A stretch of 64,000 nucleotides of DNA from Zancudomyces culisetae HAW-14-8. Lineage: Eukaryota; Fungi; Kickxellomycota. The stretch spans positions 682,001-746,000 of the forward strand of contig JBNJNM010000011.1 of assembly GCA_052426225.1 (NCBI GenBank). The letters run 5' to 3'. This document shows positions 12,177 to 23,617 of the stretch, piece after piece. Position numbers and translations under genes: made by a program. The notes under the pieces were generated by a model. It made no database searches, had not been told where the DNA came from, and worked only from the letters and a program-made list of their open reading frames with translations. Numbering within the stretch: position 1 is the first letter of the stretch; each line of letters starts with the position of its first letter.

Positions 12177-15100
12177 ATGGAGGAGGAAATTAACACGACA
12201 CTACTAGCAGAAACAGATGTTGCAGTATTCGACAGAATAGCTAAAGCACTGGGCAACATATATTCCGGCACTGCAACAATCGAAGTTCAAAATGAAAGTA
12301 ACCAAGTAATTACAAACATTAGGAAGGAGAATAGATGGTCAAGGCTGGGAAAAGAATTAATTAAAGAAGGCCGACGTAATGAAGAGAAGAATTTTGGTTG
12401 GCAATTGATTATTGATCAGCTGGCCAACAATGATACAGATGCGTTGATAAATGAAGCAATAGGGGTGACAATTAATGGCGTAAGAGAACTGAACAAGAGC
12501 ATAGAAGCAGAGTTTATAGTAACAAAAGCGGTTAGGACACTTGTTACAGCCGTATTTAGGACGTGGCCTTTTGGCCTGTGGCATGATTTCCCTGTTTGGC
12601 TAGAGAATGAGATAGTAAATCCGGAAATAAAGTTAAAAATAATACAGGTTATTGGTGAGGAGTTGTTTACCTATGAGAGCGATCCAATGTCAACAATAAG
12701 AAAAAAGGAGCTGACCACTGGAATACTATTTGTAATGTTGCCGGAGCATATGCTCGAAATGCAGTACAGCGAGGGGCTAATGGTTGAAAATAAAAACGGA
12801 GAAAAAGTGCGATTTAAAGGCTACGGCGGAGCTGTTAGGGGATGGTTGCTTGATATTTGTGAGGCGCTAAATAGTAATAACAATAAATTGGTTTTGAGCG
12901 GGTTAAAGGCACTTGAGGGGTATATAAATTGGATGCCTTATTTTGTAGTCCAGGAGAACCAAAACCTTGTAAAAATGATAATGCAGTTGCTTTTGGTTGG
13001 CCTAGAAGAAGAGATAAAAAGTCAAGCTGCTTCGGTTTTGTTGAAGCTTAGCTTGAAAAATCACACAATGCCGTCTGATAGTATATCGCTAGTCGAGCAA
13101 ATTATAGATGGCAATGGGCAATTATATAACCAATTCCTTGGTATTGTACAGAATAACGAAGACGATATAGGCAAACAGATTGTTGAATTTTCTAGCGAGT
13201 TGGTTTCGCGGCATATCCTGTATCGAAAGAATATTGGATGGGTTCCACGAAATTTCGGATCAATAATTAAAATGCTTATGACGGGGATGAACACACGAAA
13301 TGTATCCAGTATAGAAACAAGCCTAAGCGGGCTAATCGTTATTATCAAAAACATTAAAGAAATATCAAAAAGGTTAAATATTGACACGGAACTACAGACT
13401 CTAAAAAGTCAACTGTTTGTGGGTTTAACATGGACATTCAAAGTGAAAGACTATAGCGAATACGAATTGGATCAAGGAGATGACGATCTTAATGAGATAA
13501 AGACAATGATTACAGTCAGTATTAGGAAAAAAATATTAAATATGTTGCAAATATTTGCAGAAAACGACATATTTCGCTATTGTCAAGATCTTTTGGTTCA
13601 TGTAGCTCAAACACCAAACAATGATAGTGCAGAGATAGAAGTATCGCTTTCGCTTTTGGAGCTTGCATCAAAGGCAATAGAAGAGTATATTCTTCAGAAT
13701 GAGGAAAGTCAGAAAAACGTCACATCAGCAAAGACACTGGCCCGAGATCTTTTTGTAAAGTTGATTAGCTGTGACTGTTCATCTGACAATGAACTGGTAA
13801 AGTCTAAAATAGCAAAGATATATACCTTTAAATACCTGTTTAACAACGATAGTGAGTTGTTGCTTATGGCGGTAAATTCTCTTGCTTCATTTTTGGAGCT
13901 TGGTGAAGAAACTACAGGTTTGAACAGGAAAGGAGATTCAAAGAAAAATAGATTACTGAACAACACCATTAGTGAAAACGCAGCAGGGATTCTGGTAAAA
14001 CTAGTTACCTCGGATCCAGACTTGTATTACGGGTTTTATAATGAATTTATGAACCTATTTTTCCAGTTACAAAGTGCAACCAGCAATTCGCCGCTTAGAG
14101 CTAAAGTAAGAATGGCAACAATTCCGCTTATCTTGCAAATAAAAACAAAGATCTCTGACAGGAGGGATTATAAACAGCGCGTTGAATTAATTCAAAAATA
14201 TATTGCACCTTCTGTAAACCAACACCTGGGGCTCAATGCCTTTTTGGACGAGCCCAGCAACTTTTACAACCAAGTTGGGCTATTAACAGAAGATGGAGGT
14301 TTTGTTGAACAACGAAAAATTCTTGAAGTTCAGTGCTACACTTTGCGAAAAATGGTCGAGTGTATCTCTGAAAATAGTGCTGCTGTTGTATCCCTTGGCG
14401 ATGAATACGATTTCTTTACTGACGTATTTGCTTCGCAAACGTGTTATGATTTAGTATACAGCATTTTGAGATTAATACGGGTTTTACACTCTGCATTCAA
14501 CCCAAATGGCATAGCACCAAAGACCTTTATCGAATTTTTGGAAAAACACGTTTATTCAACAGACACAGATGCGGTAGCAAACCAAGAGTGCAGGTATCTT
14601 TACAACTTTTTGTTTAGCGTCACTGAACACTGCTACACCTCTCTTGGAGTACTAATTAATCATGGCACTCTCTATAATACAGATGTGTTCGCTTATTTCA
14701 CTCATGCCCTATTTGAAAACATCAGCTACTTACCTCTAAATGTTGCCAAGAATATTATTTCCAAAGTTGTTTTGTCAAACATCCGACCTCATGTGTCTCT
14801 GAGTACAAATAAGGAGGATATATCTACCGCCCAACTGCGGTCATCCTGTATATATTCATACCTTTTTCCGCTGCTGAAACATTACAAAGACCTACTGCTA
14901 ACTAATAACTGCTACGTTGACACTTATGCCTCCCTTCCAGACGTTGTTGTTTTTTACCGCTCCTTCTCCGACTTGATAATCAACCTACTAAAATTTTTGA
15001 ACTGCGGATTTATAAGATTCGAAAATTTCGAAAAAACCATCCTTAGCATGTCACAATTTGACTACTCAAACAAGTTCAGCATTCTATCCGCCCCAGAATT

Positions 15101-15812
15101 TCCCACCGAGCAAGTAAACCTGCCTATAGCCCTTTGCTTTGTCAACCATCAGGATATGCTCCCACTTCTGCTGGAAACGATTAGCGTGCTAATAAGATTT
15201 AAGGACTCATCTTTGGTATTGAAACTTGTAACACAGGTTAACCTAAATATTTCGATAAACGTCCCTCTATCTTCGATGTTGTCCACTTCTCACATTCAAC
15301 GTCTAGTTTCCTTTGATGCTCACAACATTCTTGATAGCCTTTCATCTTACTTTTGCCATCGTTTTCTAATCGATCTTTGTTCTCTGCTGTTTGATAGCTA
15401 TCACTATGAGCTGATAGACTTTGTATACAACTCTATTTCAGATCTGGTTTATACTGCACTCATCACAAAGAGATTCCGTTCTCTCGATCTATTACCTGAA
15501 GACTGTGATTCCGAAATGTTTACCAACAAGTACATTGAGTCTGTTGGTACCACATTTTTGCAAACAAACATGTTACCGGTTTCAAAAGTAAACGACCTGT
15601 TTATTTACTATAGCAATTCTCAGCACGACCAGAAGAAGCGAAGAGCAAAACTAAAACTCATGTTGAGCAATGTAGATGGAATAAATAGGAACAATAAGTT
15701 ACTCCAGGACTCCCTCAGCTTCACCAAGATTCCTTCGGCAGCATCTAACAAATACAATTACGGTCATGCGTCTGCCCTTAGCTACAACATTGATTCTATC
15801 TTACCCTTCTGA
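12177..15812 (+). CDS. MSN5: Exportin-5/Msn5-like karyopherin
   Basis: ~1210-aa helical-repeat protein. Xpo1-domain motifs TWPFGLWHDF, IGEELFTYESDP..IRKKEL, LKALEGYINWMP. First ATG at 12177. Confidence 0.75.
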   Translation: MEEEINTTLLAETDVAVFDRIAKALGNIYSGTATIEVQNESNQVITNIRKENRWSRLGKELIKEGRRNEEKNFGWQLIIDQLANNDTDALINEAIGVTINGVRELNKSIEAEFIVTKAVRTLVTAVFRTWPFGLWHDFPVWLENEIVNPEIKLKIIQVIGEELFTYESDPMSTIRKKELTTGILFVMLPEHMLEMQYSEGLMVENKNGEKVRFKGYGGAVRGWLLDICEALNSNNNKLVLSGLKALEGYINWMPYFVVQENQNLVKMIMQLLLVGLEEEIKSQAASVLLKLSLKNHTMPSDSISLVEQIIDGNGQLYNQFLGIVQNNEDDIGKQIVEFSSELVSRHILYRKNIGWVPRNFGSIIKMLMTGMNTRNVSSIETSLSGLIVIIKNIKEISKRLNIDTELQTLKSQLFVGLTWTFKVKDYSEYELDQGDDDLNEIKTMITVSIRKKILNMLQIFAENDIFRYCQDLLVHVAQTPNNDSAEIEVSLSLLELASKAIEEYILQNEESQKNVTSAKTLARDLFVKLISCDCSSDNELVKSKIAKIYTFKYLFNNDSELLLMAVNSLASFLELGEETTGLNRKGDSKKNRLLNNTISENAAGILVKLVTSDPDLYYGFYNEFMNLFFQLQSATSNSPLRAKVRMATIPLILQIKTKISDRRDYKQRVELIQKYIAPSVNQHLGLNAFLDEPSNFYNQVGLLTEDGGFVEQRKILEVQCYTLRKMVECISENSAAVVSLGDEYDFFTDVFASQTCYDLVYSILRLIRVLHSAFNPNGIAPKTFIEFLEKHVYSTDTDAVANQECRYLYNFLFSVTEHCYTSLGVLINHGTLYNTDVFAYFTHALFENISYLPLNVAKNIISKVVLSNIRPHVSLSTNKEDISTAQLRSSCIYSYLFPLLKHYKDLLLTNNCYVDTYASLPDVVVFYRSFSDLIINLLKFLNCGFIRFENFEKTILSMSQFDYSNKFSILSAPEFPTEQVNLPIALCFVNHQDMLPLLLETISVLIRFKDSSLVLKLVTQVNLNISINVPLSSMLSTSHIQRLVSFDAHNILDSLSSYFCHRFLIDLCSLLFDSYHYELIDFVYNSISDLVYTALITKRFRSLDLLPEDCDSEMFTNKYIESVGTTFLQTNMLPVSKVNDLFIYYSNSQHDQKKRRAKLKLMLSNVDGINRNNKLLQDSLSFTKIPSAASNKYNYGHASALSYNIDSILPF

Positions 15813-16152
15813 ATTTCTCTATTTCGCTTTTGCATTTTTTTTTGCCTACCTCTGAGTTTCTTCTGAAATTCCGTTTAAGTAATAAAAAATAAAAAGTAAA
15901 TAGATTGAACCAATATTTTTTTATGAATATTCCGATCTTCAGTGTTTTTCTTTTTTTCTTTTTTTCGTTACCAATTTGTTTTGCTCAAAGTTTGAATTTG
16001 AAGAAAAAAAACAAAACAAATCCTCTAATTTGTGGGTTGCGAAAATCGCATCAAAATTGATGCGGGCTGTCCCAGTATTTATGCCCAACTACACTTATAT
16101 TTTTGCACCTCTATTTTTTTCTCTATTAGGTTTCAAGTAAAAGTATACCTAT

Positions 16153-17634
16153 ATGAAAATACCAAGGCTGGGATACAGATTGATATTTAGCAGAATGATG
16201 TCTACGAGATCAAAGAGAGGAAAAAGCGCTGTTGAAGCGAGTCAGAATACAAGTAAGTCGATTTGCCCCCCCCCCCCCTACACTATCACCACTTATATAT
16301 TTATATACTTGTAACAGATTTTGGTAGTTTTTTTTAAAAAAAAGTTTAAATGTAGAAACATTAATACGTTCTAGCTTCTAATCCGGATCCTAGTAAAACA
16401 AAAAGGCCCAAAATAGAGCAGTCTTCACAGCTGAAATCTGAATCAAATAAAGATGTGGAGCTCTCCTCTACACCATCTCAAATTATCAACAATAATAATG
16501 ACAATAAAAATACTAGCGAGCAAGATACTAAATCTAGGGTATATCCAACAAACAAGACAATGCCTACCGATTACAGCTTTATCAAATCACACGAACCGAG
16601 TAATGATGTTCTGAAGATAGTTTCGTTTAATGTCAATTCCTTACAAGCCGCAATTAAAAAGGGTTTCAAAGAGTATGTAAACGCCGAAGATCCCGATATC
16701 CTTTGCATCCAAGAAACAAAATTGAATTTGTCTCTGCCATCTCTTTTCCCGAGAGAAAAGTATGTCTCCCAAATATACAATGAGTGCACTTCGGGAAAAA
16801 AGGGTTATTGTAAGGCTTTTTTATCTATATAGAATTTTTTTATTGATTCCTTTTATCACTGGTTTATCTTGGTCTATCACAGCCTACTTTTACATATATA
16901 TGCATACTGGTATGTAACATCCTCAATCCCAAATCAACCTTATAAGGTGTTCATTAATTATCAAATAGCAGGAACAGCTGTATTTTCTAAAATCAAGCCA
17001 ATAAGCGTGAAAAAGGAAATTGGTATACCAGAGTTTGATAAAGAAGGGAGAAGTATAATACTGGAGTTCGATTCCTTTTATCTTATCGCATGCTATGTAC
17101 CCAATGCAGGTCAAGACTTAGTAAGGCTCAGTGCAAGACAAGGATGGGATAACAAGATGTGTGATTTGTTGACTGAGTTGGAAAAATCAAAGCCCATAAT
17201 TTACGCTGGGGATTTGAATGTATCTCATACAGAGATTGATTTGGCCCGACCAGAAACAAATTCAAAGCAAGTTAACATATTCCATTTTATGATTTAATAC
17301 TACATCTACACTCATGAACACATACTTATTGTTTAATGTTTTTTTTTTAAAAAATAGGACGGCTGGGTTTACTAAAGAGGAGAGAGAGGGCTTTACCAGA
17401 ATACTTGGCGATAATAGGATTGATACGTTCCGCTACCACCATCCTGATGAAAGAATAGGTGGATACTCGTATTATAGTTATCGATTTAACAGTCGTCAAA
17501 AGCTTATTGGGTGGAGACTTGACTATTTTGTCGTCACAAACACAATCATTGATAGGGTGGTTGATAGTTTTGTCAGGAGCGAGTGTTATGGTGCTAGCGA
17601 TCACGTTCCAGTTGTCTTACTTCTTAAAAACTAA
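16153..17634 (+). CDS. APEX1: AP endonuclease, exonuclease III/APE1 family (4 exons)
   Basis: Exons 16153-16252, 16375-16809, 16969-17266, 17358-17634; intron 3 is GC-AG. Motifs SFNVN, DILCIQETK, KKGYSGTA, YVPNAG, GDLNVSH, AGFT.EER, GWRLDYF, SDHVP. Confidence 0.93.
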
Positions 17635-17994
17635 CAGTTTCTGGCTAAACACTACGTTTGTTTATTATTTTTTAGAATTTTACACATTTTTTTAGACTGT
17701 GTACTATAAAGTTATGGCTACAGTCATTAATGAAAGAAAAAGAGTAGGGAACGGATCAGAACTGTCAATAGCATACTATGGTTAAAACGTAGAATGTGTT
17801 ATTTATCTATCGAATGTTATCTATCTTCTATCTAAAATGCGCTTTTGGCTTGCAATACATGAGATACTCTAAGTCATTTCCTAAAATGCCTTCAATTACC
17901 TTAGTATTTCACGGCATCTCTGAACAAAAAAGAAATCGTTATAATCACTATTGGCGCTTAACCTTTAATTACCTCTACCATACAAATACATGCC

Positions 17995-18633
17995 TTAATT
18001 AATCGCTTTAATGTTAAGTTGCCAAATGAACTCAGATTCTGCACATGCCAGTTCTGAGAGGCTTTTCAGGTATCTGTTGGATATAATATTTATCTCGTCG
18101 ATTATTGAGTCCAGTATTATTCTTTTTATCCGTATTTTACTGAAATTTCCGTATTTGCTTTTGGGTACTATCCCTCCAGGAATATTATCCTTTTCCAACA
18201 TGCTGGGCGAATCGCTTAACAAATCTTTGACTTTAGCTCTGAGTTCGTCCAATAATTTTTTTCGTCTTTCGCAAACTCCTTTTAGATGTTCGACTCTTAT
18301 TCTAGCAAGATGGATGTTTACACCGTTTATGGACTTGCATTCCTCATAGCATAGCTTTGATACTTTCTTTAACCTCGTTTCTTCTTCTTCGTTTGGTTTG
18401 CCACTATGGCTGTTTCGCTGAGTTGTATCCGTATTCCCTCTGTCTCGGTTAATTATGTTTTCCTCTCCGCATAGCCGGAAATGACTGGAGTTTCTGACTG
18501 ATATACTGTCAACACCCATAAATAAACTTCTGTCCAAAGCACTAGACAACGGCTCAATCACAATGCTATCACTTAGAAGCGAGTTTCTCGTAGAAGTTGG
18601 AGAGAAAGTTCCCTCCCTATAATCACTATGCAT
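17995..18633 (-). CDS. Hypothetical protein with a helical/coiled-coil C-half; upstream exons possible
   Basis: 212-aa ORF with natural composition; no family recognised. Confidence 0.5.
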   Translation of the reverse strand: MHSDYREGTFSPTSTRNSLLSDSIVIEPLSSALDRSLFMGVDSISVRNSSHFRLCGEENIINRDRGNTDTTQRNSHSGKPNEEEETRLKKVSKLCYEECKSINGVNIHLARIRVEHLKGVCERRKKLLDELRAKVKDLLSDSPSMLEKDNIPGGIVPKSKYGNFSKIRIKRIILDSIIDEINIISNRYLKSLSELACAESEFIWQLNIKAIN

Positions 18634-20732
18634 TATATATCCTGGCGCCTTTTATTGATATATTTGTACGATTTTTTAGATATACTTCTAACTATATTTT
18701 ATATTTATAATATATCCCTAGCACTTGATAGTAACAATTTTAATAATGAAATCAATTGTTAAGGCTTATAATTTTCTTCACAATCAAGAGTTAATAAACA
18801 TTGACCCACTTTCCATGAAACCACAAAAAGGAATAATGCTTAGTGAACTATATATCTTATTCAGCTTTTTTTTTCCGGATAGTACGACACCTTGTGATCA
18901 TATTCACTACTGAGACAACCCTTCCCATTTTAAGCACCACACTGAATTTATTTCCTCTTTTTATCATGCCTATAAAATCTGTCTGCCTTGAAAACACATT
19001 TAACGGCTTTCCCCCGCATTTTTTTTTAGCTTGCATTAAAGCATCAAAATTAGAGGGAGGAGATGCGATATTACTATTTTACACCAATGTTTGTGGAAAA
19101 TAGACATTTTGCTTATAGCCCTTGGGGCTATTTTTCTGCCTGTTGTTATTAAGTGAAAACCTTGCTTGTGGGAAGTGAGCGTATTATATTCCACAATAAC
19201 CATGTGAAATGCACAATTTCCATGCTGCTAAGATATGTATGCTAAGAAAAAGTGTTTCTATTTTGGTTTAGAGTTTCAGAGCAGCAACACCAAATAAAAA
19301 TATTTTTGTTTCTTGTTTTTTATATGGGTAAATCATGGGTAATAACAGTCATTCATTCTGTGAAAAAATAGCAGAGTTTAAATTCAAAAGCTGGCAAATA
19401 CATTGCAAAAAAAGGGGAATATTTTCTTTATGCGCAAAAGGATGCACACACCTTGTGTGGCTTTAAACAAGCAAGAGGAATGTAAAAGCAACTAGTGCAC
19501 TCATATCCCAGCGATTTTAATGAGTAGAGTGTACAGTAGGACGTATTTTCCAAATTATTGTTTTTGACTTCCTTGGACCTAGGTATCTGTTACACGTGTG
19601 AACGAGTAAGCACTCTATCCAATTTACTGAAAATGTAGATACACTGTTTCTATTTCTATTTCAATTTTTAATTTTGTTTATTTTTTCCAGAAAATCTTGT
19701 TGAAAATGTATCATTTGTTTTGGGGAAATGTTCTAGCGTTCCCGATCATCATGTTGATATTCTACATTTACCTTCTACAAATATTTAGAGATTCATGCTT
19801 TTAAAAATACCTGAATACTAAACCGGAAATAAATCACCTTCCCTTTCACTTGCATTTTACTAAAACGCGAGTCATTGTGGATATCCAACATAAAATCAAA
19901 CAAACAACTAAATAATATGAAAATCACACCCTTTTTTCCCTCTTTTGTTTTATTTGATGGGGGTGGTAGTGTCGATGAAGTTTGAGGCGCGGAATCAAAA
20001 TCTGAATATAGATGCACAGTTTTCCAAACCCAAGTCTGTAAATATCGTTTTAAATCTTTGACTGACCGGACAAGTACTGACTAAAAAAACCCAATAATCA
20101 AAAATTTCATGTGTCCCATCACACACATGCGCTATGCCTTTCAATCAGCCATATAAAGGAGTACAGAATACTGTGCATACCAATATGACTGAAAAAAGGC
20201 AAAACAATAAAAAAAAGAACCATCCATTAATCATAAAATATATAATATAAAAAATAGGTTCATGTCTGGCGGGATAATATATATTATTTGTGATAAATAC
20301 TTGTTACATTACGGGTGTGATGGTATTGGAGTCGAATAAATATAGAGTCAATGTACAATAATGTACAAATTGCAGTTGTTATTATCATTTTGTCTTCGGT
20401 TTGCTTTTTTCTCAAACGTGATGAATAAAACAAACATAATTGATTCCTTTTCTTGTTTTCAATGAAGTTTACAGCTTGAGTTATGTTTATAAGTAGTAAT
20501 ATTAAAGGTTTAGTTATTTGATTGAATACAAGGAAACAAAGATCTATTTAGAATAATGCGGATACTGGACTAAAACTTTGGCAAAACGAAGAGCTAAAAA
20601 GAAAATAAAAGAAAAACAAAGATTTTGAGTTCTTGGAATTTTTTGAGCCTTTGTTTCATAGAGGTAAACGGAATTAAATACACACATGTCTTGAAAGTTA
20701 AGAAAGGAAAACAGAAAAACATACAACGCTAG

Positions 20733-21333
20733 CTAAGATTTTCCAAACGGATATTTGGTTTGATAGTCCTTCTCGCGTTTAAATAATAAAACATGGGGTT
20801 CAGGAGCTATACACGACATAAATGAGACCATAGGTGTTAATAAAAAAGAAGAAAGATTGTGTAGATAAAGTATATCCCTCCACCCTAAATCAAAAGTTAA
20901 AAGAAGGTGTACAAAAATATTAAAAAGTAATACCATGAACCATGTAATGCTCCCAGCCAGGCGACTGGCGGATTCCGAGACCTCTCCATTCATTCTCAGC
21001 CATTATTCTTATAGGATGTGGCAAATATTTCCGTAAACCTTCGGGTAGAGTTACGTGGCGATATTCGAATTCATCATCTAGATTAAAAAGTTAATTGCAA
21101 AATTTCAACCTTGTTATCAGTTAAGAAAAAAGAATAAATTCGGAAAACCCAATGATTCGGCTTTAGCATGTACAAAGCCCGAATTACAAATAACCAGAAT
21201 CAGTGTAGTATATTTAACAATACTTACCATAATACCGATCCGAGTAATAAATTTCGCCTTCAAATCTTTCTATATCTATTTTTTTTTGCTCTTCATAAGA
21301 GAGCTTTCGACCATTTCTTTGAAATGTTGTCAT
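20733..21333 (-). CDS. CKS1: Cyclin-dependent kinase regulatory subunit (3 exons; only the last exon shows in the ORF track)
   Basis: Exons 21333-21228, 21077-20934, 20806-20733 give [65 protein letters not shown]. Confidence 0.96.
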
Positions 21334-22778
21334 CTCAAAACAAAATTGTTGTCAACAAAGGACAGGAAAATAAAATGGAATTTTTAATTAATAGTGTACA
21401 GAGGATCCTGTTTACAAATAAATGGCAAAAAACGAGAAATGAAAAAATATATATCGTGTAAACTTATGTTTTTATATATTTTATATTTTAAATTTTATCT
21501 GTATTTATAAAAGTATTTACTCCAAACTCGAAAAGAAAATCAACGATATTTCGATAAATTATTTATTTTATTTTAAATGTGAAAAAAAAAACGTTCAGAA
21601 GATTATGATTTGTACATCGGCCTAATAGTAAATAAAAACACCACGATAACCGAAAAATAAATTATGCAGGGAAAATAAAAAAATTTTTTTTTGTAACAAC
21701 GAGTATAGTTTGATTTGTTTTTTTTTACATCCCTACTATTTATAACAGAGAACCAAAAAAAATCAATGTTGATTTTAACGTCATTATGATTTACATTGTT
21801 TTTTTCTCAATTGAAAAAAAATAGTTTGAAATTTAAATTTTTGATGGATCGATTTATTACAAGTAACCCCATGTCCAACTCTAAATGGTTAAATTAGAGA
21901 AAATATATATATGCACGTACAAGAAACTTTTACTTGCACACATTCAGCATGTACTACGTATGAATTTTTTAGCGTCGTCGAAACTAGTATAGTGCTTGAA
22001 GTTATGCAGTGAAAAAATGACATGAAACACAAAAAAAAGTACTATATTTTTTAAAATTCCCGCCTTTTGATTCCTTTATTAACCAAAAAGCACATGATTG
22101 ATTACATGACTGAATGAGGAAGGTGCCTAGTCCTAGGTTTTTGCTGGAGTATTATTAATTTGTACAGTTGTTCAAGAAAGGTTTCAAAGCACTAGAGATG
22201 GGAGGAGGATTTACAAAATAAAGGGAACAAAGAAGATCAACAAAAATGTTTTAATTCTATATTTGAATTATATTCGCAATATAAACATAAAATAATATTA
22301 GACTTTTTAATGTTCTCACTCGCGCAACAAGCCAAACATTATAGAAATTAATGAATAATTACAGTGATATTATAAAGTCGCCCAAAATAAAATTGCATTC
22401 GTAATAAAACTCTAATAAATAAAAAATGGTTACAACTGGTTTAATTGCATGATTAATATTGATACTTAATATTCAATGGAACTTTTCGTGTAATTTCTGC
22501 GAATTTACAATCTACAATTGTATTTTTATCATTTATTAGCAACAAGTTTTGTAGGGATTAATAATTGATTATTTTCTAAAGTGTACCAATTTGTTTGCTT
22601 CAATTCGCAATATTGGTGTACTACAGATTATATTTGTCGGTTACAAGGAAAAATGATAAGGTTATCATTACAACAATTAATTACTCGGGTTGAGAGTCAT
22701 TGGAGTTGCAACATTGTCGATGGAATAAGCCAAAATTACAGAAAAAATTAAATAAAAGAGTACAAAATCAAAAAAAAA

Positions 22779-22870
22779 GAAGGGGTGAAGGGGTGAAGGG
22801 GTGAAGGGGTGAAGGGGTGAAGGGGTGAAGGGATGAAGGGAGGAGAAGGGAGGAGAAGGGAGGAGAGGGA
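22779..22870 (+). repeat. (GAAGGGGT)6 minisatellite plus degenerate GGAGAAGGGA units; G-quadruplex potential
   Basis: Six perfect 8-mers at 22779-22826. Confidence 0.9.
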
Positions 22871-23617
22871 TGAGGAAAATAAGAATATTGTGTTGGTTCG
22901 TATATGATGTGATTTTGAATAAGAGTATAGTAAACCAAAAGAAGGGTAAATCGTTCAAGGGAGTAACAAGTACTCATTGCCTCATTATAGTATAAATATT
23001 AACACATACAAACACGAATGGCAGGGACAGCTCAAGCTAGCATAAACTATATGGATATTTTATTTGCCATTTCCAAAATAACTGTATTTTAGCCAACCCC
23101 GGAATATACCATGTAGAGTAGGAAAAAAGGAAAAGCAAAGTCCAAGTCAGTGAAAGGTGAGAAATTCATTGTTTACATCATTGTTACTAGTAAAAAATTT
23201 AAAATAAACGGTGTACATGGTTAATGTAAACATTTTACGAAAAAACGTTCAAAAATAACCACCCTAAATGCCCTAGAGAAAAGTAGTATAAACAATCAAA
23301 CCATCCTATCTTGACAGATAGTGCAACTGTTTCAATTAGATAACATTTTTATGTTACATATATTATCATATATCCCAATCAAAAGCAAACCCAGAAAAAA
23401 TAAAGTTTTTTATTTTTTTTTATAAGGTCATGATATTTATTCCGAAAATGCTAATTTGCCATTTAGGCCTGATGACCAAAAAAAAGAAAAGCGAAAAAAA
23501 AGGCAGTATACAGAATAGAACCAACCAAATTCTAAACAAAAAGCTGAAATAAAAAAGAAAAAGCAATCTAACAAATGCATCACTTCTACAATATATTTAC
23601 GAAAGAGGTGGATGGGA

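Noticed and set aside
18700-20100. Possible upstream exons of the 17995-18633 gene
   Set aside because: Frames are broken by stops and no consistent splice path was found.
20790-21190. GCGA and cUUCGg tetraloop hairpins suggesting a ncRNA or group I intron
   Set aside because: Explained as the antisense of CKS1 exons and introns.
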